Positions 8,601-16,668 of a DNA stretch of 64,000 nucleotides are shown here, in pieces. Positions within the stretch are counted from its first letter, which is position 1. Each line of letters opens with the position of its first letter. The stretch covers positions 1,007,992 to 1,071,991 of the forward strand of contig OZ243932.1 in the NCBI GenBank assembly GCA_965214035.1. The letters run 5' to 3'. Source of the stretch: Gammaproteobacteria bacterium. Lineage in GTDB: Bacteria; Pseudomonadota; Gammaproteobacteria; JAJDYQ01. A program made the position numbers and the translations under genes. The notes beneath the pieces were generated by a model. That model saw nothing but the letters and a program-made list of their open reading frames with translations, was not told the DNA's origin and searched no databases.

Positions 8601-10697
8601 CGGCGGTGGTTTGGGAATGTACAGGTGCAAGAGTTCCTCAAGGTTTTCCTCGATACGCTGGTCGTGGGCGCGCAATGCGAGTAGTATCTGTCCCAACTCC
8701 TGCCACCCTTCCTCCGGGCCGCTGGTGCTCAGCCATTTCTCAGGGTCGGCAGAGGGTGGAAACACAATAGGGCAGACGATGTAGCCCAGCTCCTTGTCGG
8801 GCGCGGTCCGCATCGCTCTTCCGACGGCTTGTACGACATCAATGGGGCTCTTTCGAGCTTCCAGGAACGCCACCGCACTCAATGACGGCGAATCCGTACC
8901 CTCTCCGAATATGCCCACATTGATGATGCCGCGAGGGCTCGCCGCGTCAGCGGCAGCCAACCGTCCCTTCGCGGTTTCACGCGCCGCGGCGTTGCTCGAA
9001 GCGTCCAGGTGTTCGAGGCTGTAATCGGATGCGGCCCTGCCGTCCGCGTTCTCGCTGAGCCAGCGTGAGACCCAATCCTTCACGTTATCGGTCTGGAGGT
9101 CCGCCGCCATGTTCTTCGACTTGTCCACCGTATTCATGAAGGCGATGCACGAGCGGATGTCCACTTCTCTGCCTTGAGTCGCTCCGCCCATCGTGAGAGC
9201 AAACGCCAGGCCCCGAAGATAGTCGATGGTCGTCAGCTGGCCGCGCCCTGTGCTTTTGGTGGCCCTGGCTAGGTCGTTCGCCGTCTTGAACGCCTCGGGG
9301 TCGTTGACGCCCATAGCGATGATACGGTAGTCGGACAGCCAACGGTTACGGACTGCTTCCAGGTAGCTCTTGCGGTACAGTTCCACCCCGAAGGTGGTCT
9401 CGTCGTCCATCGAGCGCACTATCCAGTCTGGATTACCGGTGGCGCGCTTGACATCATAGATGCGCGGCGTTGCTGTTTGATAGATGCGGTACGTAACAGG
9501 AAACCTGTCGCTGTCATGGCAAATCGTGAAGTCTCGGAGACGCTTTTCCTTTTCGTTTGCGGCGGCAGACCTGGAGTTCCTGCGCTTTAGCCCTGCCGTC
9601 CTGTGTGCTTCGTCGGCAACCATGACACACGCCCTGACATCGGCGCTCAACAGGGCTTCCGATACCTTGGTGCTGCTCTGGTAAGTGCCAATGAGAACCT
9701 TGATCCCGTTGTCGATAGTGCTCTGGCGCATCCAGTCGACTATTTCGCCGGCATCGGTGGTCACCTTACCCTTCACTTCGGAAGCGCTGACATTACTGTT
9801 ATCGACGGTCGGATCAAGTGTGGTGTTGCGGCGTCCTTCTTTCCTGGGGGCATAGCCCGCCGTGACGTCCGAGCAGACTGCCAGCACGTCCAGGGAAACT
9901 GAAGCGTGTTGCAGGCATTCACGCCTTATCTGGGCAACCAGCGCGATGGACGGACACAGCACGATGGATAGCTTGCCCGGAGGCGTCAGTTCTTCGATGA
10001 TCCGGAGCGATATACGAGTTTTTCCTGTCCCGCAGGGCAGGATGATTCTACCTCGGGCCTCACCTATCGGTAGTCCACCGCTCTCCGAGCGTTCCTGTTC
10101 CCTGAGTATGCGGACACTGTTGGCAACGACTTCGTTTTGCATGCAGTTTTTTGTCTGCAGCCGTTCTTCGCCGTGGGGGTTCGGTTGGCAGTGTTCGCAC
10201 TCCCCGGATGCGGCTTGTGCCTGCCGCTGCTGAAGAAGATCGCTGGTGATGTTGACCAGCTTGAGGGGCTTTGGGTGCATTGATGCTGATTGCGTCGCGC
10301 CACTGGCAAGTGGATTATTGCCATTGGTAACGATCCAGCGCTCGGCCCAGGAGTCTGAACCGGACGCAGCCGCGAATTTGGCTATCTCGTTGCTATGGAT
10401 TGGGCCGCCGCGCCCCTCGTCGTCAAGCCGGCGCGACTTGCACTGGATTGCGATGTATTTCCCGTCGTTGCGACGCACGGCTACGGCGTCTATTCCCACA
10501 TCCAGCTTGGTGGTTTTAGGAAAGTGTTTCTTTCTATCGGGCCACTTGTCCCAGTGCCAGCACTCCGCGATGTCCCACTCCTTTATGAAAGGAGCGGAGT
10601 CCACAGTAATGTCTTCCAGCCATTTGCCATTGGTCTCCTGCGAGTTAAACTCGGCTGTGTCCTTTAGCGCCTTTTCGATGGTCTCTAAGCCGGTCAT
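5697..10697 (-). CDS. Single-polypeptide restriction-modification enzyme with Type ISP layout: Mrr-like nuclease, SF2 helicase-like ATPase, gamma-class N6-adenine methyltransferase, target-recognition domain
   Basis: 1666 aa. The N-terminal PD-(D/E)xK Mrr-like region reads 'KLDVGIDAVAVRRNDGKYIAIQCK'. Walker A is 'ILPCGTGKT' and the DEAH box is 'VMVADEAHRT'. MTase motif I 'VDLACGSGTLLAAM' precedes motif IV 'IIMNPPFTNR' (NPPF), the gamma-class order. About 400 C-terminal residues are consistent with a target-recognition domain. Size and domain order match LlaGI/LlaBIII-type enzymes. Confidence 0.85.
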   Translation of the reverse strand: MTGLETIEKALKDTAEFNSQETNGKWLEDITVDSAPFIKEWDIAECWHWDKWPDRKKHFPKTTKLDVGIDAVAVRRNDGKYIAIQCKSRRLDDEGRGGPIHSNEIAKFAAASGSDSWAERWIVTNGNNPLASGATQSASMHPKPLKLVNITSDLLQQRQAQAASGECEHCQPNPHGEERLQTKNCMQNEVVANSVRILREQERSESGGLPIGEARGRIILPCGTGKTRISLRIIEELTPPGKLSIVLCPSIALVAQIRRECLQHASVSLDVLAVCSDVTAGYAPRKEGRRNTTLDPTVDNSNVSASEVKGKVTTDAGEIVDWMRQSTIDNGIKVLIGTYQSSTKVSEALLSADVRACVMVADEAHRTAGLKRRNSRSAAANEKEKRLRDFTICHDSDRFPVTYRIYQTATPRIYDVKRATGNPDWIVRSMDDETTFGVELYRKSYLEAVRNRWLSDYRIIAMGVNDPEAFKTANDLARATKSTGRGQLTTIDYLRGLAFALTMGGATQGREVDIRSCIAFMNTVDKSKNMAADLQTDNVKDWVSRWLSENADGRAASDYSLEHLDASSNAAARETAKGRLAAADAASPRGIINVGIFGEGTDSPSLSAVAFLEARKSPIDVVQAVGRAMRTAPDKELGYIVCPIVFPPSADPEKWLSTSGPEEGWQELGQILLALRAHDQRIEENLEELLHLYIPKPPPVERTLVAVAMGEGMRIQYGEVEGPPGAAQAAVEQALEGKTRAATGIQRIREEPADYSAVELTQVLTGKKNKDGTVELREDSITRDKPKAGEARGIVNIQRTKAKAGKMINTGEGGNRVKPGSHRKPRKTATERAEEQGQLMLKLSGLEDHGSAIKMNLLSKSGLSDNRVIRDLNILESSVTEAAHHMRADELLPALNQHFGLDRLKETGKEQADGCTIAALLMMNAAMLHQRISNGGWLSGISDLAQIKNQANVVQKISREWERIMRHDFRPVLEPALEAIYAVETTGKTAGLERALHHLAAEAERIAETYADMGADHAGPLFNRVMGNQASDGAFFTRPVAASLAARLTLDACGDQDWSDPEVWQRHKIVDLACGSGTLLAAMLSDMKRRARDNGADDESLNQLQKIAVEDTLKGLDINPVSLQLAASQLTAGNQRVSYRRMGLHLMPYGPDKHAPDRVYAGTLELLGQRAIVQRPNELDLGDDAIGSRATWETTDDTELEDTVDAVKEARIIIMNPPFTNRSKMGEKFPAETQTALRDRADFMEQKLTQSDPGLMEFVDKNSIGPLFVGLADHCVERSDGTLTMINPTIALTTPSGQRERLALAKHFHIHTILTSHQPQNINLSQHTSINESIVVMRRWYAGDKPPTRFINLDRMPADDGEAADFHRCLLDCEQGLMADGWGEVSYWSAERIEAGDWTAVVFRSPELANAAFDISTHKSLLRMEEQNMVPSAVLGGGRRGQFRQADADAPGAFPVFYSKSAEAQRTIRGMPDQHQAPQRHVPQDEWIEVPGVDGKHHPDNASRIVTQISHLLVTGGQRTSTGRLTAVAQEERYVGVGWLPVPNISFNQAKAAAVFLNSTPGRLQLLRNPGKTLEFPNYNPAGLKTIRLPDLSDNVLVDRLAHCWNHTKDMVVPQFRDGECEVRRIWDEAVAEAMGWDVAELTRLRLLLHQEPHVRGLGYGQYADE

Positions 10698-10734
10698 ACT
10701 ATATTATGCCCCATTATTCAGAGATTGACCAACC

Positions 10735-10932
10735 TCAGGAAAGCCTGGACAAAGCCCGAACAATGGATGTTTTACCCATACGCTCACGGAAAAGATTGGC
10801 TTCTCGTTTCATGGCTTTATTGGCCACTGCAACATCGGCCTGAAACCGTTCGGAAGACAGTAAATTGATATAGCTCTCCATGACCCTGGAAGCGGGCGCG
10901 AAGGAATCTTCACATCCATGATTAAAGCGCAT
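10735..10932 (-). CDS. Hypothetical 65-aa ORF immediately upstream of the Type ISP gene
   Basis: ORF only. I recognise no family. It may be a gene fragment. Confidence 0.15.
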   Translation of the reverse strand: MRFNHGCEDSFAPASRVMESYINLLSSERFQADVAVANKAMKREANLFRERMGKTSIVRALSRLS

Positions 10933-11070
10933 ATTGGCTTCTTGGGTTATCTGACGTTACCGACCTGAAAGGCACCCACCAAACCCGAAAAAGCCCCTTC
11001 CACCGTACAACTGAAACAAGACTGGAAACGGGTCAAAAGGTTTGTGCAGGCTCGTAGTGGACTTTTCACA

Positions 11071-11113
11071 AGCAGGAAAAACAAAAATTCGGGGCATTAA
11101 GTATATAATTCCC
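11071..11113 (+). repeat. Dispersed 43-bp repeat, copy A (AGCAGGAAAAACAAAAATTCGGGGCATTAAGTATATAATTCCC)
   Basis: Matches the inverted copy at 51544..51586 with 2 indels. Shorter TTAAGTATATAATTC-like cores recur at 53524-53539, 3731-3742 and 44201-44211. Confidence 0.7.
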
Positions 11114-11205
11114 CAAAATTACTGCTTAAGCTGCCAATTCTGTCAATCCAGTAACCTCTGGCCTGAATTTGTTTCTGAGTTGTAACTTCTATATCCATTT
11201 GACTA

Positions 11206-11430
11206 TCATGCATGGTTTTTGATGACCAGCGTCTTGATCATCGATGTACGCCTTTGGCGCATTTGAGATAATACTTGCCGGTTCGTATCAGGCCGCTTGT
11301 GATTGTAATGCCAAAGCCAGCATGCGACAAGCTCCTGCATACTCAAATCGGCATTGTGTGAGTCGGCTATAACATACTGCTCGACATAAGCATTTTGCTG
11401 CGGCTTGCCCGATTCAATAATTAACTGCAT
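11206..11430 (-). mobile_element. IS3-family transposase (OrfB/integrase core) C-terminal remnant
   Basis: 'SGKPQQNAYVE...WLWHYNHKRPD' corresponds to the rve-domain tail GKPxQNAxIERFN...W..YNxERPH. The ORF starts at an ATG immediately after the dinG TGA stop, in the same frame. Confidence 0.45.
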
Positions 11431-13386
11431 TCAGGCCGAGTTGGCTGGCAGCTCTTTTTGATGGAAGAACTTTTTCACATCTTCGATGTTGGTTGTCATT
11501 GGCATGGGTGGCAGGCTATCGAGAAATATTTTCCCATATCCCCTGCTTCGGCATCGAGGGTCGCACAGCATCAGTACGCCGGTATCTGTTATGTCGCGAA
11601 TCAGACGCCCTACTCCCTGTTTCAGCATAACCACGGCGGCTGGTATCTGGTATTCAAAGAAGGGGTTTTGTCCGCGCCGCTGCATGGCATCAAGCCGTGC
11701 CTGCATGACCGGATCGCCGGGGGAGGCAAAAGGCAGTTTGTCTATAATAACGCAGGACAGCGCCTCGCCGCGCACATCAACACCTTCCCAAAAGCTGGCC
11801 GTGCCGAGCAGTATGGCATTGCCGTATGTCTTAAAGTCCTTCAGCAGCCTTTGCCGGGGGGCTTCGCCCTGCACGAGTATCGGATAATCGACATGGTCTG
11901 CTATCTGTTGCGCAGCGATCTTCAGTGCCCGATGGCTGGTGAACAGCATAAAGGTTCTGCCTCCGGCCGCTTCAATGATGGGCAGCGATTGTATGCAGAC
12001 TTCACGGGTATAAGATGAGTCTGAGGGAGCAGGCAGACCCATCGGTAAATAATTAAGGCTGTTGTTTTCATAATCAAACGGGCTGCCCAGTATCTGGGTG
12101 TCCGGTTCATCCAATCCGAGACGATCATTAAAATGTTCAAAGCTGTCGCCGACGGCCAGAGTAGCGGAGGTGAAAATCCAACTGGCGTTCATTTCTGCCA
12201 TATAGCCCTGGAAAATTTCCGCGATATTTAACGGTGTGCTGTGCAGCCCGAACCCCCGGCGGGAGGTATCGGCCCATCGCACCATTTCGTTTTCATCACC
12301 TGCATCTTCATCTGCTTCAGTGCGGGGATCTATATGGCTGATACGTTCCAGCAGATTGAGGCTGCGCTGATAGCAGCTACCCAGCCCCTTGGAACGTTCG
12401 GATTCATCGGATAACCAGTTACTGACCGCCGTCAGACTTTCTTTTGCCACATCCAGAAGCCGGGTAAAGCCCTGCCTGCCCTGCAAATCATTCCAGGAAA
12501 GCCGCTGACCATCCTGCCCCATGCTGATCCGTAAGTCGGCGATAGATTTTTCCAGTGTATCCAGTGTGTCGGGCAACTCGCTCTGGCTGCCGGACTCTTT
12601 GATGTGTTCAGATCGCGTATCGGCGCAAAGATTATGTAGTTGGCGCGAGGTCAGTGAAAGGCCAAAGAAACGGGTAGCCACTTCCGGTAGTTGATGCGCT
12701 TCGTCAATAATAAATATGTCGGCACCCGCCAGAATATCACCGAACCCCTGTTCCTTGAGCGCCATATCGGCACAGAACAGATGATGGTTAATAACCACCA
12801 GATCGGCTGCAAGCGCCTCCCGTCGTGCCTTCAGAACATGGCATTTTGCATAGTCTTCACACTCCGAACCCACACAGTTTTCAGTTGTTGAGGTTACCAG
12901 CGGCCAGATAAATGATCCCTCTTCCACATCATCGACCTCGGCAATATCACCGGTCAATGTGCGGCCTGCCCAATCATTGATCAGCTGAAATTCATGCTGA
13001 TGACGCCGGCTGCGGGTATCGCCTGCACTGCGATTGACATTCAGTCGGTGGGTGCAGAGATAGTTTGCGCGCCCTTTCAGCAGAGCGACGGTCACGGGCA
13101 CATTGAGTGCGTGGCGAATGACGGGCAAATCCTGATGGAATAACTGATCCTGCAGGTTTCTGGTACCCGTCGCTATGATAGTGCGCTTGCCGGAGAGCAT
13201 CGCAGGTACCAGATAGGCGAAAGTCTTGCCAACGCCGGTTCCGGCTTCAGTCACCAGCACGGCACCTTCATCAATAATGGTACGGGCGATGCGATCAGCC
13301 ATTTGCTGCTGGGCCTCGCGTGGCGCAAAGCCGGCCAGAGATTCACTGAGCGCACCATCACCAGAAAGATATTCTGACGCAGACAT
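11431..13386 (-). CDS. dinG: ATP-dependent DNA helicase, DinG/YoaA family (Rad3-like, Fe-S)
   Basis: N-terminus 'REAQQQMADRIARTIIDEGAVLVTEAGTGVGKTFAYLVPAML', a DEAH-like box 'IFIIDEAHQL', conserved cysteines. At 651 aa it is closer to YoaA than to canonical DinG. Confidence 0.85.
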   Translation of the reverse strand: MSASEYLSGDGALSESLAGFAPREAQQQMADRIARTIIDEGAVLVTEAGTGVGKTFAYLVPAMLSGKRTIIATGTRNLQDQLFHQDLPVIRHALNVPVTVALLKGRANYLCTHRLNVNRSAGDTRSRRHQHEFQLINDWAGRTLTGDIAEVDDVEEGSFIWPLVTSTTENCVGSECEDYAKCHVLKARREALAADLVVINHHLFCADMALKEQGFGDILAGADIFIIDEAHQLPEVATRFFGLSLTSRQLHNLCADTRSEHIKESGSQSELPDTLDTLEKSIADLRISMGQDGQRLSWNDLQGRQGFTRLLDVAKESLTAVSNWLSDESERSKGLGSCYQRSLNLLERISHIDPRTEADEDAGDENEMVRWADTSRRGFGLHSTPLNIAEIFQGYMAEMNASWIFTSATLAVGDSFEHFNDRLGLDEPDTQILGSPFDYENNSLNYLPMGLPAPSDSSYTREVCIQSLPIIEAAGGRTFMLFTSHRALKIAAQQIADHVDYPILVQGEAPRQRLLKDFKTYGNAILLGTASFWEGVDVRGEALSCVIIDKLPFASPGDPVMQARLDAMQRRGQNPFFEYQIPAAVVMLKQGVGRLIRDITDTGVLMLCDPRCRSRGYGKIFLDSLPPMPMTTNIEDVKKFFHQKELPANSA

Positions 13387-13462
13387 GCGATCTTTATCTC
13401 ACAATCCCGACGTGAATCGGGCCGGAAGCGAATTGGTAATACCTTTCAGAAAAGCTGTCAGC

Positions 13463-13489
13463 TTGATAATAAAAATTCTTCATTATCAA
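13463..13489. promoter_or_regulatory. Inverted repeat TTGATAAT-N11-ATTATCAA in the dinG upstream region
   Basis: Perfect 8-bp arms lie about 80-100 bp upstream of the dinG start. The GATAAT/ATTATC hexamers resemble Fur-box half sites but the spacing is not canonical. No LexA box (CTGT-N8-ACAG) is present. Confidence 0.25.
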
Positions 13490-13514
13490 TAAGATAAAAT
13501 ATACTTCTACAGTA

Positions 13515-14099
13515 TTACTTTGATAGCTGATACGCTTTGGCCTCCGCCTCATCCGCTCCAGTGACATTACCCTGCAGGCGTCTGGCCTTGCTGATCAGCC
13601 GCCAGTTTCGGGCCATCAGTGATTTATCACCCTCTGCCAGAGCGTTGGATTTCAGCGCCTTGGACTCAGCCTGCGCATAGTCGCGCTGGAACAGATTGAC
13701 TTCAGCCAGCCTGTGCCAGAGTGTTGCATTTTTCTGGTCATAACGCAGGGCGCGCTCCAGAGAGTTTGCGGCCTTGTCATATTGGCCACCCTGCATATTG
13801 GCATTGGCAATGCTGACCAGTGAGTTTACTGCCGAGCTGACCTTGTCAGGCTGTGGGGAAGCCGGACTGGATGCAGGCGTTATTGGTGCAGGAGCAGGCG
13901 TCGGCACGGGTGACGCCACATAGGGGCTGATTTCAACCGTATCTGGCTGTGCCGCTATCGGTTGCTGTGCAGCACGGCTGCCATGGCCGACACTGGAAGC
14001 TGCCGTTCGGTCTTCAACCGGTGCTATGGCACTGCCTTTGGCAGAACAGCCCGCTACAATCACAATGCCCAGTATTATCGTGGTATATCGATATAACAT
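13515..14099 (-). CDS. TPR-repeat lipoprotein downstream of mrcB, LpoP-like PBP1B activator candidate
   Basis: Lipobox 'IVAGCSA', a Pro/Ala-rich linker and C-terminal TPR repeats. It is encoded directly downstream of mrcB, as lpoP is in Pseudomonas. Confidence 0.5.
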   Translation of the reverse strand: MLYRYTTIILGIVIVAGCSAKGSAIAPVEDRTAASSVGHGSRAAQQPIAAQPDTVEISPYVASPVPTPAPAPITPASSPASPQPDKVSSAVNSLVSIANANMQGGQYDKAANSLERALRYDQKNATLWHRLAEVNLFQRDYAQAESKALKSNALAEGDKSLMARNWRLISKARRLQGNVTGADEAEAKAYQLSK

Positions 14100-16462
14100 C
14101 AGTCTTCATCTCCAAATAAACTTTCCCAGAATGATTTTACCTTTTTCCGGATTGTATCCCCGATTGAAGTCTGATTGATAATGCAGTCTGACTTTTCATG
14201 TGGCTGCGAACCCTTTATAAAAGGAAGCTGTATCGAACCTTCACAGTCTTCGCCCGATAATCTGCCGGTTGTGGTTTCTACCCAGGCAAATGTAATGTCG
14301 CTGGGCGGTGCCAGACGCAGTGATTCGATGCCTGTCGCCTTCATGATGTCGGTCCATATCCGTAAGGCACCCGTGCTGCCTGTCAGCTTTATCGGCTTGT
14401 TCGCATCGTCACCGACCCACACGACCCCCAGCTTGTCATTGCTGAAGCCGGCAAACCAGCTATCGCGCAATTCATTGGTCGTGCCGGTTTTGCCGGCCAC
14501 AACCATGGAGGATGGAAATTGTCGGTAAAAACTTCGACCTGTGCCGCTTCTCATCACTTCAATCAGACTGGCATTGGTTAGATAGGCAACCGACGGCTCA
14601 ATAACCTGACTGAGCGTTACCGGATAACGCTGTAGTGGTTTTCTGTCCGCGTCAAGCACATCCCGTATGGCCCTGACGGGTGTCCGAAAACCATTGGCAG
14701 CAAAGGTCTGATACATCCCGGTCACCTCCAGCGGTGTAAGCTCGGCAGCACCCAGTAATACCGAGGGATAAGGCGGCAGATTTTTACGGATACCCAATCG
14801 ATAGAGGGTATCAAAAACATTGTCCAGACCCAGCATCAGCCCAAGACGAGCAGCAGAGACATTATGAGAACGCGCCAGCGCGAGATATAACGGTACCCGT
14901 CCATGGAACTGACCATCGTAGTTTTTCGGTTCCCATAATCGGCTTTTATGTGTCTTTACCTGCAATGGAGAATCGTCCACCGGCGTCAGCATCGAATAAT
15001 GCTGAGGTTGCGCATAGGCGGTAGCATAGATAGCCGGCTTGAGAATTGATCCGACCTGACGGCGGGCATGCAATGCGCGATTAAAGCCGGCATAAAGCGC
15101 CTCTCGGCCGCCAACCATGGCCAGCAACTCGCCATTGTGGCCGGCAGTTACAATGACAGCACCCTGCAGGGTATCTTTTTTCAGCCCCCGACCTGTCTCA
15201 AATTCCGATAAACGTCTGTCCAGAGTTTTTTCGGCTATATCCTGGATAATCGGATCCAATGTTGAATAAATCTGCAGGCCTTCGGTTTCCAGATCCTGTT
15301 GTTTGTAATCCTGCCTGAGCCGGGCCTTGAGCAGTTCCATGAAGGCCGGGTAGCGGCTGGCACCGGCCGGCGCTTTTGGGGTAATGCCCAGCCCTGCCTT
15401 CTTGGCGACCTCGGCCTGTTGGGTCGTGATAATTCCGTCGTCCATCATCACATCAATAACAATGTTGCGACGCTCGATGGCATGATTCGGATTGCGGCGC
15501 GGGTTATACAATGACGGCCCCTTGATCATGCCGACCAGAAGCGCAATTCCCGGCAGGTCCAGCTCATTCAATGGCCGCTCAAAATAAAAATAACTGGCAA
15601 GGCCAAAGCCATGTACGGCCCGCTCGCCGGCTTGCCCCAGATAAACCTCATTCAGATAGGCCTGCAGAATTTCATCCTTGCCATAATGCAGCTCCAGCAG
15701 AACAGACATCAACGCTTCATTTGCCTTGCGCTGCAGAGAGCGTTCGCTGGTCAGGTAAAAGTTTTTAACCAGTTGTTGTGTCAGGGTACTGCCGCCCTGC
15801 ACCGCTCTGCCGGCCTTGATATTGCTGATCAAGGCCCGCCCGATACCTCTGGGTGATATGCCAAAATGCTGGTAAAAACTCTTGTCCTCCACGCTCAGCA
15901 GCCCCTTGACCAGCAAATCAGGAACCTCGGACAACCGTACCAGAATACGGTCTTCAGCTTCTTCCGGGTATATACCACCAATATACAAAGGGTCGAAACG
16001 CACCGGCCCCGCCTCCCGTTGGCCCGATGAGGTAATCCGGGAAACGCCTGACCGGTCGAAATGTATGCGCAACCGCTGTTCGTCTTCTATACCGTCCCAG
16101 AAATCGAATCCTCGCTTATGCACAGCAATGACAGATTGCGAAGCATTGTAGCTGCCTGGCCTGTCCAGGTTTGCCTGCTTTCGATAACCGAGCAGCCTGA
16201 GCTCCCTGAGCACATGGTTCGTGGTATAGGGTGCCCCTGTGTAAAGCTCCAGTGGTCGCGCATAGACCCTGGCGGGCAAAGACCATTTTTTGCCTTCGAA
16301 TCGAGTCAAAATTTTCACATCCAGCCAGATGAGCCAGGCGACAGGCAGTATCATTGCTATCAACAAGATGCGCCGGATAATCGGACCCGGCTTTTTTTTC
16401 AAGGGGCGCTTTGATCTTTTTTTTGCTGTTCTGGTTTTTTTCTTCTTTTTTCGGGTTGCCAT
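14099..16462 (-). CDS. mrcB: Penicillin-binding protein 1B (bifunctional glycosyltransferase/transpeptidase)
   Basis: Lys-rich N-terminus and a TM helix. GT51 motifs 'EDKSFYQHFGISPRGIGRA...GGSTLTQQLVKN', a UB2H-like region, and transpeptidase SxxK 'SILKP'. 787 aa. Confidence 0.9.
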   Translation of the reverse strand: MATRKKKKKTRTAKKRSKRPLKKKPGPIIRRILLIAMILPVAWLIWLDVKILTRFEGKKWSLPARVYARPLELYTGAPYTTNHVLRELRLLGYRKQANLDRPGSYNASQSVIAVHKRGFDFWDGIEDEQRLRIHFDRSGVSRITSSGQREAGPVRFDPLYIGGIYPEEAEDRILVRLSEVPDLLVKGLLSVEDKSFYQHFGISPRGIGRALISNIKAGRAVQGGSTLTQQLVKNFYLTSERSLQRKANEALMSVLLELHYGKDEILQAYLNEVYLGQAGERAVHGFGLASYFYFERPLNELDLPGIALLVGMIKGPSLYNPRRNPNHAIERRNIVIDVMMDDGIITTQQAEVAKKAGLGITPKAPAGASRYPAFMELLKARLRQDYKQQDLETEGLQIYSTLDPIIQDIAEKTLDRRLSEFETGRGLKKDTLQGAVIVTAGHNGELLAMVGGREALYAGFNRALHARRQVGSILKPAIYATAYAQPQHYSMLTPVDDSPLQVKTHKSRLWEPKNYDGQFHGRVPLYLALARSHNVSAARLGLMLGLDNVFDTLYRLGIRKNLPPYPSVLLGAAELTPLEVTGMYQTFAANGFRTPVRAIRDVLDADRKPLQRYPVTLSQVIEPSVAYLTNASLIEVMRSGTGRSFYRQFPSSMVVAGKTGTTNELRDSWFAGFSNDKLGVVWVGDDANKPIKLTGSTGALRIWTDIMKATGIESLRLAPPSDITFAWVETTTGRLSGEDCEGSIQLPFIKGSQPHEKSDCIINQTSIGDTIRKKVKSFWESLFGDED

Positions 16463-16668
16463 GGTTGCTGAGGATAGCGTATGTGTTCAGGCGAGCCTGC
16501 TTCGAGTCCGATCGGACCATTCATTTCAATATGCGTATGAAATGAGATGATACATGAAAACCAGATATGGGACGTGATATGGAGGCAGCCACCCAATCCA
16601 CTATTCCATTTTGTGCAACCTCAATACCGGCGTCCTGCACTTTGCCCCCGCCAGCTATTACACTTTAC

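Noticed and set aside
5736-10728. Numerous 60-250 aa ORFs on both strands within the Type ISP gene, for example 6573..7310, 7497..8015 and 8043..8684
   Set aside because: Nested in a 5 kb gene whose domain motifs are continuous and in order. The alternative-frame products are Arg/Ala/Pro-rich, typical of spurious GC-rich frames.
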